Shown one piece after another: positions 55,271-64,000 of a stretch of 64,000 bases of DNA. A program made the translations under genes and the position numbers. The stretch is from IMG/VR virus record IMGVR_UViG_3300042563_002299, positions 1 through 64,000 of that record; one strand, written 5' to 3'. The notes under the pieces were generated by a model. That model made no database searches. It was not told the origin of the DNA and saw nothing but the letters and a program-made list of their open reading frames with translations. This DNA is from a virus. Numbering within the stretch: position 1 is the first letter of the stretch; each line of letters starts with the position of its first letter.

Positions 55271-56653
55271 TTAATTTGACTGTGTTTCTCTTTGTTTTCT
55301 CTTTTCCAAGAGTTCTTTAACTCGTTGTCTTTGTCTTTCTTCTTTTTGTTCTTCAAGACCCAAGAACGTTGTTGTACTTTCAGTGTCAATTTCAATCATT
55401 GCATTGTCGAATTTACAATTCTCAAATATAACCCCATCATCACCAATTCGGGACTTAGTTATTGCAATGGTTGCTAATTTCATTTCTTTTTGTTGTAATG
55501 TCTTAGCCACCGATATGATAACGTGTCCTACTTGTGCCTTTTTAATTGATCCCCCCATTTGATCTGTTGTCACAACCTCTGAAGATATTGATGATCGGTT
55601 ACCTTGCGTTGCGGTCCAACCAACAAGATTCATCTCGTGACACATTGCTTCAAATGCTCTCATCACTGACCCTTCACTCTTCCATTCATCACCTAAGTTC
55701 TTATCAGGAACCACACAATCAATATAATCTAAAATAATCATATCAACTTTAATTCCGTCAGAAACCATTTTCCTAATTTGATTTTTGATTTGTAACATCG
55801 TCATAGTATCTGATGGTAACTTTTTCATAATCAACTTGTTTGGCATTGATTCCTCAATTTCTCTAACTTTAGTCACCACTTCTTCTCTTTTTTCTGACAA
55901 ATCGTCAGGATGGATTTTAGTCCATAAAGTGAAGTGTTTTCTTTGAATTACCTTTGGGTTGTCCTCAAAAAAGATCTGAAGAACATTGAACCCTAAGTTA
56001 AACGCGTGGTTTGCCATCTTAGTTAAAATGGTTGATTTACCCACACCTGTTGGTGCTAAAATAACACCAATTTCTCCTTTTGCCAAACCACCTTTTAATA
56101 ATCTATCAATACCAGGTATTCCCATTGGGATCGGGTGTCTGTAATCATCTTCAAGAACCTGCTCTAAGTTTGAAAACACATCTAACATTGTTGTATCTTT
56201 TGCCCCAACTTGTAGTGCCGACTTAACCAATTCCTCAAGGGTATCGTAGTTCTCAAATTCACCTCCATCGATGATCTTTTGAGCTTTACCCATTACCTTT
56301 TGGAGTTCTTGTTGTTTACAGAATTTCAAAGCCTTTTCTTGTACAAAAGCTACTCCATCGATAGGTGCATCTTTAATTTTCTTAATTGTGTCTAATACAA
56401 TCTTAGATGCGATCTCTTGTTGGAGTTCTGATTTTGTAATCTGATCAAGGGTTTCAAATGACGGGGTATGGTCGTATTTTACATAATACTCTCTAATCAT
56501 CTGAATAATGATTTTGAAGTATTTATTTTCAAAATAATTGTTCTCAATCACATCAATAATTGAATGTGAAAAGTCCTTATCTACGATGATTTGATTTAAT
56601 AATTGTAATTGAAAAGTATTACCTAAATACTCAAAATTCTTACCTGTCGCCAT
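55271..56653 (-). CDS. replicative DNA helicase (DnaB/gp41-like)
   Basis: GIPGIDRLLKGG, Walker A APTGVGKS, ILDYID, WTATQGNR, KSR. Confidence 0.92.
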   Translation of the reverse strand: MATGKNFEYLGNTFQLQLLNQIIVDKDFSHSIIDVIENNYFENKYFKIIIQMIREYYVKYDHTPSFETLDQITKSELQQEIASKIVLDTIKKIKDAPIDGVAFVQEKALKFCKQQELQKVMGKAQKIIDGGEFENYDTLEELVKSALQVGAKDTTMLDVFSNLEQVLEDDYRHPIPMGIPGIDRLLKGGLAKGEIGVILAPTGVGKSTILTKMANHAFNLGFNVLQIFFEDNPKVIQRKHFTLWTKIHPDDLSEKREEVVTKVREIEESMPNKLIMKKLPSDTMTMLQIKNQIRKMVSDGIKVDMIILDYIDCVVPDKNLGDEWKSEGSVMRAFEAMCHEMNLVGWTATQGNRSSISSEVVTTDQMGGSIKKAQVGHVIISVAKTLQQKEMKLATIAITKSRIGDDGVIFENCKFDNAMIEIDTESTTTFLGLEEQKEERQRQRVKELLEKRKQRETQSN

Positions 56654-56686
56654 ATAGTTTTTTTCCGTTAGTAAAAATAAATAGTA

Positions 56687-57136
56687 TTAGTTTTTGATAA
56701 ATTCAGGGTATGCGAAATTAAATTTTCCACCTGAAAAAATGTCAGTAAGGATACCGAGTATGTTTTTTAGTTTTGGGCGTAGGTCTACGGTATATCTGAC
56801 CTTTGGCGGGTAGGGTTTAGCGTCGAATACCCTCTGACAAATTGTCATATCTCCGAGCTTAATAATTAAATTAAAATTTTCAGGACCATCTGTGATTGAC
56901 GTATTTAGAACGTCAGGGTTCTCTGAAATTTCATACTGATTGTCCAACATATAGGTCACAGTTCTCATCTTCAAATCATATTGTAACTCTCTACATAGAT
57001 TATCAATATAGTCGTAAAACTCTTCTGATTTGTGAGCATTTCTGTTAAAACCTCTCACATTGAAGAATCGTTGAACCACGATGTTGTCATTACACATTAA
57101 CAAAAATTCAACTTTTGTTATTTCTTGTTCTTTCAT
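56687..57136 (-). CDS. hypothetical protein
   Basis: 149 aa in the replication operon. Confidence 0.75.
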   Translation of the reverse strand: MKEQEITKVEFLLMCNDNIVVQRFFNVRGFNRNAHKSEEFYDYIDNLCRELQYDLKMRTVTYMLDNQYEISENPDVLNTSITDGPENFNLIIKLGDMTICQRVFDAKPYPPKVRYTVDLRPKLKNILGILTDIFSGGKFNFAYPEFIKN

Positions 57137-57151
57137 AGTTTTTTTTGTTTT

Positions 57152-58189
57152 CTACTTTTTGTTTCTAAACTTACTTTTTTCTTTTCTTGTTAACTTAAGA
57201 AATGGTTTCAAAAAACTCACCCAAGCGTCGTCACCTTTTGGTAGGTATTTGAAGAATCCGTCTTCCATCATCATTCTAATTAGATTTCTATGTCCTCTTC
57301 CGTCGGGATCCATCGACTCAGTATAATATAATCTAACCAATTCTTTGTCCTCATCACTTAATAGTGGTTCATCTAAGTCGACAAGTTTTTGGTTGATCAC
57401 AAAAAATTCATCACCAAAAATACCTTCTTTAGTTTTACCACTTAATAGGTTCTGAAGAGCTACGTTCCCCTTTTCCTCTTTAAGTAAATTAGTACTTGTA
57501 CTCAAAATATAGGGTATTTGTACTAATTCTTCAAGTAGCTCAGGAAATAATTTAATTAAAGTTTTCTCACCAAGATAAAAGATCCCGTCAATGTTGTCGG
57601 AACTATCACCAGTGAGTATCTTTACGGTTTTAACATTAAAGTGGGGAACTTCAATATCATGTAATTTAATCTTGTCCCCCAACTTGTAATATTGTTTTGT
57701 GGATGGCGAATAAATTGAGACCTTCTCAGAGATAAGTTGGGTTAAGTCCCTATCACTCGAGAATATGGTTTTTGTCTCATCTAATGACACTTGACAGTAA
57801 TAAGCTATCAAGTCATCAGCCTCTGAGTTCTCCGTCTCCAATTGTCTTACAAACATCTCCTCGAGGTATTGTCTAACCCTCTGTTTTTGTTCCAAGAAAG
57901 CATCTTCTTTTTGTTCTGATTCGGAAGGTCTCCGATTCAATTTGTACTTTGGGTAAATCAATCTTCTTTGTGAAGATGAGGTTTTAGAATCCCAAAATAC
58001 CACAACCTTATCATAGTTGTGTTCTTCCAAGAATTTACGAAGAGTATTTAGAAAGTGCCAAACACCACCAACGTGTTTCCCATTGTGATAGAAATCTCTA
58101 ACACCATGAAACCCAATTTTCAATAAATTATTCCCGTCTACTAATAATGTTTTGGACACTTCCTTTAATCTTGAATGATTTCTACTCAA
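57152..58189 (-). CDS. 5'-3' exonuclease / flap endonuclease (PolA 5'-exo / T4 RNase H-like); true start may be GTG at 58159
   Basis: LLVDGN, YKLNR, EADD, SSDRDL, GDSSDNIDG. Confidence 0.92.
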   Translation of the reverse strand: MSRNHSRLKEVSKTLLVDGNNLLKIGFHGVRDFYHNGKHVGGVWHFLNTLRKFLEEHNYDKVVVFWDSKTSSSQRRLIYPKYKLNRRPSESEQKEDAFLEQKQRVRQYLEEMFVRQLETENSEADDLIAYYCQVSLDETKTIFSSDRDLTQLISEKVSIYSPSTKQYYKLGDKIKLHDIEVPHFNVKTVKILTGDSSDNIDGIFYLGEKTLIKLFPELLEELVQIPYILSTSTNLLKEEKGNVALQNLLSGKTKEGIFGDEFFVINQKLVDLDEPLLSDEDKELVRLYYTESMDPDGRGHRNLIRMMMEDGFFKYLPKGDDAWVSFLKPFLKLTRKEKSKFRNKK

Positions 58190-59189
58190 CCTCTTCCTTT
58201 TCCGCTTTCAAATCAAAGTCACCATCAACTCCGATTATGTCTTTCCAATAGTCAGCATATTCTTTCTTATACTTTTCTATTGATGCCTTTTCTTCTGTGG
58301 TGTCTTTACCCGGTAAGAAACCGTGTGGTGTTACAATAATTTTCCCATCTTCAAAACCAAGTCCATTAATGTGGTTTTTCATAACCGACACTTTTGTTCT
58401 TGAAGCAAACTTTACAGTTCTCTTATCTTTTGTTGCCGTGATCTTTGTTGTTCCCGCACCTTTTTGATTACCAAACAAAAATACTAAAGAAGAGTTCAAC
58501 CAAATTGCTTCACCACCTTTTGCTTTAATCTTTGGTTGTCCAAATGGATTGTCAGGTAATTCAACCCAAGGCTGATTAACAATGATTAAAGTATTCTCGT
58601 ATTTAGAATCAGCTTTACGAGATCCTGAAATACGTTGGTTAATACCCATACCAATTTTATCCGCCAATGTGGAAGCGTTGTGTTGTTTACCTCCTTTACC
58701 TTCGTAAGTCATTTTACAAGGAACTGATCCAACTGAATCCCACATAATACAAAGTGAATAATCTAATTCACCTTTTTCTTGTGCATCCAATAGTCCATTA
58801 ATGTAATCTGTAATTTGTTCAATATAACTGAAGTTGTTATTAAACAAGAAGAATCCGTCCCAAGTTAATTCACCTGTTTCTTCATCAACTACTTCCTCAC
58901 ATTCAAACCCCATTATTTTTGAGTGTTCAAAAGACCATTTTTGTTCGGTAATAATGAAAACAGGAAGTATTTCTTTCTTTTGAGCATCGACCGCAGTTTT
59001 AATAAGTGCTGTTGTTTTACCAGTATCGGAGTGACCCAATAACATATTAAGGTGTCCAATTGCGGGACCAGGTAAACCTACCGCATCCAAGAATTCGGAA
59101 CCAAGATCAAAAAATCTTTGTGGTTTATATTTTGCGTCTGAAGAGAATTTTTTCTTCAACGCACTAAAATCGTTTTTTTTCAGTGCCAT
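58182..59189 (-). CDS. RecA/UvsX-like recombinase
   Basis: Walker A GHSDTGKT, MWDSV, IVNQ, KGGEA, KNH. Confidence 0.88.
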   Translation of the reverse strand: MALKKNDFSALKKKFSSDAKYKPQRFFDLGSEFLDAVGLPGPAIGHLNMLLGHSDTGKTTALIKTAVDAQKKEILPVFIITEQKWSFEHSKIMGFECEEVVDEETGELTWDGFFLFNNNFSYIEQITDYINGLLDAQEKGELDYSLCIMWDSVGSVPCKMTYEGKGGKQHNASTLADKIGMGINQRISGSRKADSKYENTLIIVNQPWVELPDNPFGQPKIKAKGGEAIWLNSSLVFLFGNQKGAGTTKITATKDKRTVKFASRTKVSVMKNHINGLGFEDGKIIVTPHGFLPGKDTTEEKASIEKYKKEYADYWKDIIGVDGDFDLKAEKEEVE

Positions 59190-59218
59190 ATTTTTTGTTT
59201 TTCTATATAAAATATAAA

Positions 59219-59250
59219 CAAAAAAACGGGAACAATAAACTGCTCCCGTT
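59219..59250 (-). terminator. intrinsic terminator after ssb
   Basis: AACGGGA..TCCCGTT hairpin with U-run on the minus strand. Confidence 0.65.
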
Positions 59251-59269
59251 CATATAATTTGTTAATAAA

Positions 59270-60136
59270 TTAGAATGGTAAATCTTCATCAATCTCATCC
59301 TCAACCTGTGGGTCATCAACCTCATTGATTGATTTTGGTGCCGGTGTTCCTCCCATAGAAACTTCTGAAGTTTCGTTGTTAGAATAAACATATCCGCCTT
59401 TTTCAGAGTCCCAACGTGGAGTTTCACCACGAGCGATTGCCTCAAGATACTCAACTGCTTTTTTAGAATATACATCCTCCCAAGTCAATTCATCACCAAC
59501 CCACTCTGACATCTGTGTTTCGTCTTCTGAAATTGGGGATGGGTCATCATACATTACAGTTTGAATTACTGTGTAGAATGCTCCTTTTGGTGTTTTTGAT
59601 TTAGTTAACTCAAGGATCAAGTCACGTCCTTTATCAGGATCGGTTACATCTCCTTTAGCTTTCCAAATTGGAATAATTTTATCAAGGATTCCTTCTTGTT
59701 TGTAATTGTGTTTAAATCTCCAAAATTTAACACCGTCTTGTTCGTTGTCACGATCAATAACTTTAACAATGTAAAATTTACGTGATCTGTATTGTGTCGC
59801 CAATTGTTTGTCCGCTTCTTTACCTGTTGACATAAGTTCTTCATAAACTTCAGTCAAAGGTGAACGCTCATTGTCGTTTTTTCCTGGATCATAAAATTTT
59901 TGCCATTTACCGTCCACATTAATCTCGTGAAACCATACTTCTTTGAACGGTGAAGATCCGTCTGTTGTAGGAAGAATACGTACTCGTTTCTGTCCTTGTT
60001 TTTCGTTGTCTTTTAAGATTGCCGCGAAATATTTTTTCATTCGGTCTTCAGAAGACATTTTTGAGCCGCTATTTGTGCTGCTCTGTGTTGATTGTTCGTA
60101 CTGTGCAAGTACTGCGTCTAAAACATTTGTCGCCAT
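59270..60136 (-). CDS. single-stranded DNA-binding protein (gp32-like)
   Basis: VRILP, PFKEVWFH, DPDKGRDL, acidic tail ending DEDLPF. Confidence 0.82.
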   Translation of the reverse strand: MATNVLDAVLAQYEQSTQSSTNSGSKMSSEDRMKKYFAAILKDNEKQGQKRVRILPTTDGSSPFKEVWFHEINVDGKWQKFYDPGKNDNERSPLTEVYEELMSTGKEADKQLATQYRSRKFYIVKVIDRDNEQDGVKFWRFKHNYKQEGILDKIIPIWKAKGDVTDPDKGRDLILELTKSKTPKGAFYTVIQTVMYDDPSPISEDETQMSEWVGDELTWEDVYSKKAVEYLEAIARGETPRWDSEKGGYVYSNNETSEVSMGGTPAPKSINEVDDPQVEDEIDEDLPF

Positions 60137-60167
60137 GTGTAAATAAAAATTAAAGGTTTATATTAAA

Positions 60168-60196
60168 ATTATAGTTGTATAAAAAGTTATAGTCAA
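60168..60196 (-). promoter_or_regulatory. canonical sigma-70-like promoter TTGACT-N17-TATAAT for ssb
   Basis: read directly on the minus strand, ~30 nt upstream of the ssb ATG. Confidence 0.65.
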
Positions 60197-60216
60197 ATAG
60201 TGTCGCCAAAAAAAGT

Positions 60217-60241
60217 TTAAGGTCGAGATTTTCGACCTTAA
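60217..60241. terminator. hairpin, probable terminator after 60245..60922
   Basis: TTAAGGTCGA-GATTT-TCGACCTTAA; U-run follows on the minus strand. Confidence 0.7.
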
Positions 60242-60244
60242 AAC

Positions 60245-60922
60245 TTATGAATTATATCTGTTTAATAAAATGTCGTCTTCGTCTTCCATCGGTTCGTTGA
60301 ATGTTTGTTCAATTTCGGATGGACTAAAGTTTTCCACGTCGTCTCTCGTTAGAACGTACTCATTCTTACCTGTTTTTTCCATTTCATCTTCTTTATCTTT
60401 AAAGAAGTCAGCCAAATTTTGTTTAAATGGACCAGAATCAAGTGATCTTAATTCTAATTTTTCTTGAGCCGTTTTAGGTCTGTATTTTTCAATCTTAGTT
60501 TCTAAACTATCTAACTTAGATACTAAACTATCCATTTCAGATAATTTTTCTTCCATATTTTTAATTTGATTAAACAAGTTTTCAAAATATTCTTCTTGTT
60601 TATCAACCATAGTTTTTTGACTATCAACTAAGTCAGTAATATCTATTTCCTCAACCTCACCTTCGCCTTCACCTTCGTCACCAACTACTTCAACATCAGG
60701 ATCTGTTGCAACATCAATAGGTGTTGTATCAGATTCAGGTGCTGCCGGTGGTGCCGGTGCTGCGGGATCGGCAGGTGCTGCTGCCGGATCTTCGGGTAAT
60801 GGTGGAACAGCACCAGCCGCAGGATCCAGCGCCGGATCGGCAGGTACTTCTTGTTCCATAATGTATTTGTTAATAGAATTATATCTTGATAGTTCTTTTA
60901 ATATTTTTTCGTCTAAAGCCAT
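60245..60922 (-). CDS. acidic Pro/Ala-rich coiled-coil late protein
   Basis: 225 aa; PADPA repeats. Confidence 0.75.
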   Translation of the reverse strand: MALDEKILKELSRYNSINKYIMEQEVPADPALDPAAGAVPPLPEDPAAAPADPAAPAPPAAPESDTTPIDVATDPDVEVVGDEGEGEGEVEEIDITDLVDSQKTMVDKQEEYFENLFNQIKNMEEKLSEMDSLVSKLDSLETKIEKYRPKTAQEKLELRSLDSGPFKQNLADFFKDKEDEMEKTGKNEYVLTRDDVENFSPSEIEQTFNEPMEDEDDILLNRYNS

Positions 60923-60923
60923 C

Positions 60924-61148
60924 TTATCCGTTTAATAATGTTTTTATACCTCTATTGGTCTCTACTTGTATTTTTTTAAATGTTTTCATTGTGTTGTCAA
61001 CTCTTTCAATTAGACCGTCTTTCATTCTAACTGTATAACAATCACCAGTGTCAAGGTCACAAACTTGTTTTGTGCCATCACCCATATCTTTTTCAGAAAC
61101 TCTTGTATTTTTACCCAAGTAGTTATCTAATATTAATTTTGTGTTCAT
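60924..61148 (-). CDS. hypothetical protein
   Basis: 74 aa; VCDLDTGDC; TATAAATA at 61162-61169. Confidence 0.75.
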   Translation of the reverse strand: MNTKLILDNYLGKNTRVSEKDMGDGTKQVCDLDTGDCYTVRMKDGLIERVDNTMKTFKKIQVETNRGIKTLLNG

Positions 61149-61169
61149 AGTTGTTTTTTATTATAAATA

Positions 61170-64000
61170 TCAATTAGTTGTGAAAGTTTGTACCGACTTG
61201 AATACATTAATCGCTTTTACAAATTCGGACTCAATCAATTTAATTTCATTCGTCTCAACTAAACTTGTGTAAACATTAGGAGGTTGGTTAATTGGGTAGT
61301 TCAATACATATTGTTTAGCGTATGTTTGTTCCGTACTCAAACCTAACTTAATATCAGATTCAATACTTCCTAATATATTAGCAATCCTATTAAATGCGAA
61401 CTCAACAAAACTTCTGAAAGAAGTGAAACTAGCAACAGGTAAATTATTATCATTACCTCTTTTGACACAGTAAAATTTCTTATTAATATATGTAACAAAA
61501 GAAGGACCATATAATTCTTTTAGATTAATTGTTGAGTAATTGTTTTCATAACCTGTTATTTTTGATGAGTTTCCTGTGTCAACATATATAAATGTGAATA
61601 ATATATTCGCATAAATTTGGAATGTCGTACCTGTAATATCGCCAACATTATTACTTTTTAAGACATCCACAATTGTATTAAACAATTCTTTTGTTGTTTG
61701 ACTTGTTTCGGTAGGATTATCAATTGCAGTATATTGGAAATAGTTAGGATTAACGTTAGTTTGACAATCCTGATTCTTGGTTAATGTTTCTTGTGATTGA
61801 ATATTCGCTAAAACATTATTTCTTTGAAATTGTATATTGTCAGACCCTTCTCTTAATTTTGTTTCTCTTTCTTGAATTTTACTTTGAATTGTAGATAAAA
61901 TCTGCACATTCAATGTTTGCACAAAGTTGTCTATTCGTGGTAAACTATAAAATGGTTGTCTTGTTCCCTCAAATTGTGTTTCAAATCCATTTTCACTAAC
62001 ACTATGACTTACCTTTGTAATCATGTAAGGTCCTGAGAACATAGGTATATTTCTAATATTGAAGTACATCATGGGTTGTATCAAAGCATCCCCCATCATA
62101 TCAACAGAACAAGTATAACTTCTATTTTTATATAAGTTATAAAGTGAAACTGATTGTGTTGTGGATCGTCTGTTCTGACCTAAGTTCGCCATTTGATTTA
62201 ACATTTCAAGCGACTCCGATGTTGGTTTACCCGGATCTTGGGCAACACTAAAAGATTTAAAGATTTGTTGGTTTTGTCTTGTCATATCAACATTAAATCC
62301 AACAACTTTATTTGATTTAGCCCAATCTTGTTTATCAATTTGGTTTTCAATTAAAGGATTATCACTTGCTCTTCTTAAGTCAAATGCATCATCTCTATAT
62401 CTATAATCAATATTATCTTTCATATCCAAGTGCTCACTTGGTTTATTAACATAATAACAAAGGAACTTCGGTGAACTATTTCTATAATCAACATTAAGGA
62501 ACGTACCAAATAATGTGTTACCAAACTCTAAACTTCCATCAGGTCTTGGTGTTGGGTTCTTCTGTGCGTCTTGAACATTATAAAAATTAACATACGCCGG
62601 TAACATAAAGTGTTGGAAGTTATTCTGAACCAATATTGTTGTTACCATATCAAGTAGAGTGTTCTTGTATTGTGCCCCATCTATAAGGTCCATTATTTGG
62701 AATATGTCTACTAACACTTTATCACCAACGTTTCGGCTAGCCCTATCAACCAACATCACGTCCTCAAATAGTGTTTTACTTTCGAAATCAAATCCCGCAA
62801 TCCAACTATCGTTTAACGCTTTAAATGTTTCCCAAAGTTCAGTTCTTGTTTGTTCTGTAAAACCAGCCTCTAAAGGTGCTCTGTTCGCAGCATCATCACC
62901 TGTAATAAACACATTTGGTATTTGTTTTCTAACTGACGGTAACATTACATTTAATACATTATTAATGTAGTTGTCCGACTCAGTTATATAATCATCCATT
63001 AAACCATAAAAAGTGGTAAGATTTAAATTGGGGTTCGCTAACTTTTGAGTTGCATATATTTTAATAAGTGGTGCAAATTCTTCAACGTTTTTTTCATTAA
63101 ATAGAACATTTAAGTCAACGAAGAAATCCGTAATGTATGATCCATTATCAGTATAAACCAATTTTGGTATACTTGATTTACCAACATAAAATTCTAACGC
63201 TTCCCAAGTTTTCGGGTTTTGTTGTTTAGATTGAGCCAATGTTACTCCACCACCTTGTGTTGGTAAAGAACCAGGAAAATACGACCCATAAATAATTGGG
63301 TCTTCAATAAATCTAGTTGAGAATGTATAAAACAATCTTTTATTAAACTCTGATGGATTACCGTATTTAAACACAACATCATAATTCATAAAAGACGATA
63401 AGATGTTTTGGAACGTTTCATTTTGATTGGTTATCAAACTTGACAATTTTGTTTCTGGCGATGTACCCGTTGGTACACTAACCTTAAATAATTGTCTCGC
63501 TAGTGTTTGGAAGTTCTTAAATGTTTGTTCACTCAACTCACTTTCAATTGTGTCATTCACAGACGCACCTTGAGGGTCTTTTTTAGAAATACTTAAGTCA
63601 GTTGTAGATTGAGAAGTTGGTAAAGTATCAACAAAATCATAAATTGATCTACCAAAGTTTAAAAACTCGGACTCAAAATAATCTAATGTTTTAATATTAA
63701 ATGTCGTAAATAGTTCTTGGAAATTAGTGTAGTCACTTTTTTCACCACTTATAATAAAGTTTTGTTGATCTTTTTGTTCGTTCAATATCTTTTTAAGATA
63801 TGTTTCGGGATCATTCTTAACAACTTTTGAGTTATCGAACCATCCGTATTGAGGTGCGTTCCAGAATAATCTAACAGATCCGTTAAACATCGCGTTATTG
63901 CCCGAAAGTTCGTCACGCATAGTTCCATTTTTAAATGCCTCGTCTTTAGTTTGATTGATATTTGTACCGAATGACGGCATAACATAACAGAAATTAGGTT
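61170..64000 (-). CDS. large structural protein (baseplate hub-like), 5'-truncated by the window edge
   Basis: frame open to the window end; YTCSVDMMGDALIQPMMYF..GPYMITKVSHSV resembles hub-protein C-termini. Confidence 0.6.
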   Translation of the reverse strand, partial: PNFCYVMPSFGTNINQTKDEAFKNGTMRDELSGNNAMFNGSVRLFWNAPQYGWFDNSKVVKNDPETYLKKILNEQKDQQNFIISGEKSDYTNFQELFTTFNIKTLDYFESEFLNFGRSIYDFVDTLPTSQSTTDLSISKKDPQGASVNDTIESELSEQTFKNFQTLARQLFKVSVPTGTSPETKLSSLITNQNETFQNILSSFMNYDVVFKYGNPSEFNKRLFYTFSTRFIEDPIIYGSYFPGSLPTQGGGVTLAQSKQQNPKTWEALEFYVGKSSIPKLVYTDNGSYITDFFVDLNVLFNEKNVEEFAPLIKIYATQKLANPNLNLTTFYGLMDDYITESDNYINNVLNVMLPSVRKQIPNVFITGDDAANRAPLEAGFTEQTRTELWETFKALNDSWIAGFDFESKTLFEDVMLVDRASRNVGDKVLVDIFQIMDLIDGAQYKNTLLDMVTTILVQNNFQHFMLPAYVNFYNVQDAQKNPTPRPDGSLEFGNTLFGTFLNVDYRNSSPKFLCYYVNKPSEHLDMKDNIDYRYRDDAFDLRRASDNPLIENQIDKQDWAKSNKVVGFNVDMTRQNQQIFKSFSVAQDPGKPTSESLEMLNQMANLGQNRRSTTQSVSLYNLYKNRSYTCSVDMMGDALIQPMMYFNIRNIPMFSGPYMITKVSHSVSENGFETQFEGTRQPFYSLPRIDNFVQTLNVQILSTIQSKIQERETKLREGSDNIQFQRNNVLANIQSQETLTKNQDCQTNVNPNYFQYTAIDNPTETSQTTKELFNTIVDVLKSNNVGDITGTTFQIYANILFTFIYVDTGNSSKITGYENNYSTINLKELYGPSFVTYINKKFYCVKRGNDNNLPVASFTSFRSFVEFAFNRIANILGSIESDIKLGLSTEQTYAKQYVLNYPINQPPNVYTSLVETNEIKLIESEFVKAINVFKSVQTFTTN

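Noticed and set aside
51861-59189. Inteins or introns in nrdA, nrdB, helicase or recA
   Set aside because: ORFs are uninterrupted and of ordinary length, with no splice-junction or homing-endonuclease motifs seen.
533-63985. Numerous short antisense or nested ORFs in the track (e.g. 533..871, 7619..7978, 11486..11875, 46603..46935, 59203..59475, 62659..62970)
   Set aside because: They overlap well-supported genes, lack upstream motifs and read as antisense or frame shadows.
1-64000. Stop-codon recoding as in some jumbo phages
   Set aside because: Core genes are full length in code 11 and TAA, TAG and TGA all end genes at sensible positions.

Overview
64 kb segment of a large, AT-rich, lytic tailed dsDNA phage (jumbo-type, with T4-superfamily-like core functions), read in the standard genetic code with almost all genes on the minus strand. 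The host is probably Bacteroidota, judged from TTTG-N19-21-TAnnTTTG promoters, a Bacteroidota-type RpoD sigma factor, an Hc1 histone-like protein, a DUF6576-like tail, SprB-like repeats and the absence of obvious Shine-Dalgarno sites. Layout: accessory/late genes, Dam, DnaJ, Hc1 and a lysis-like cluster (1-12.6 kb); sigma factor, MTase plus putative nuclease, SbcC/SbcD, exonuclease and primase (12.8-22.9 kb); a ~28 kb tail/baseplate/fibre block interrupted by RuvC and a glycosyltransferase (23-51 kb); NrdAB, helicase, 5'-3' exonuclease, RecA and SSB (51.8-60.1 kb); and a truncated large structural gene. Most notable: (1) two paralogous ~120-nt structured non-coding RNAs (2820-2955 +, 12670-12797 -) with the same four-hairpin/pseudoknot architecture, different but pairing stem sequences, and their own promoters and terminators; (2) a SERGT1/HPAT (GT96/GT95)-like protein O-glycosyltransferase embedded among Ser/Thr-rich collagen-like and mucin-like virion fibre genes, suggesting phage-encoded virion O-glycosylation; (3) a TATTTAT(A) putative late promoter, the reverse complement of the T4 late box, often paired with a shared N-terminal '..(I/L)xE' peptide that also occurs on a putative restriction-type nuclease beside a methyltransferase. 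All family calls come from motifs recognised by eye; no database searches were run.
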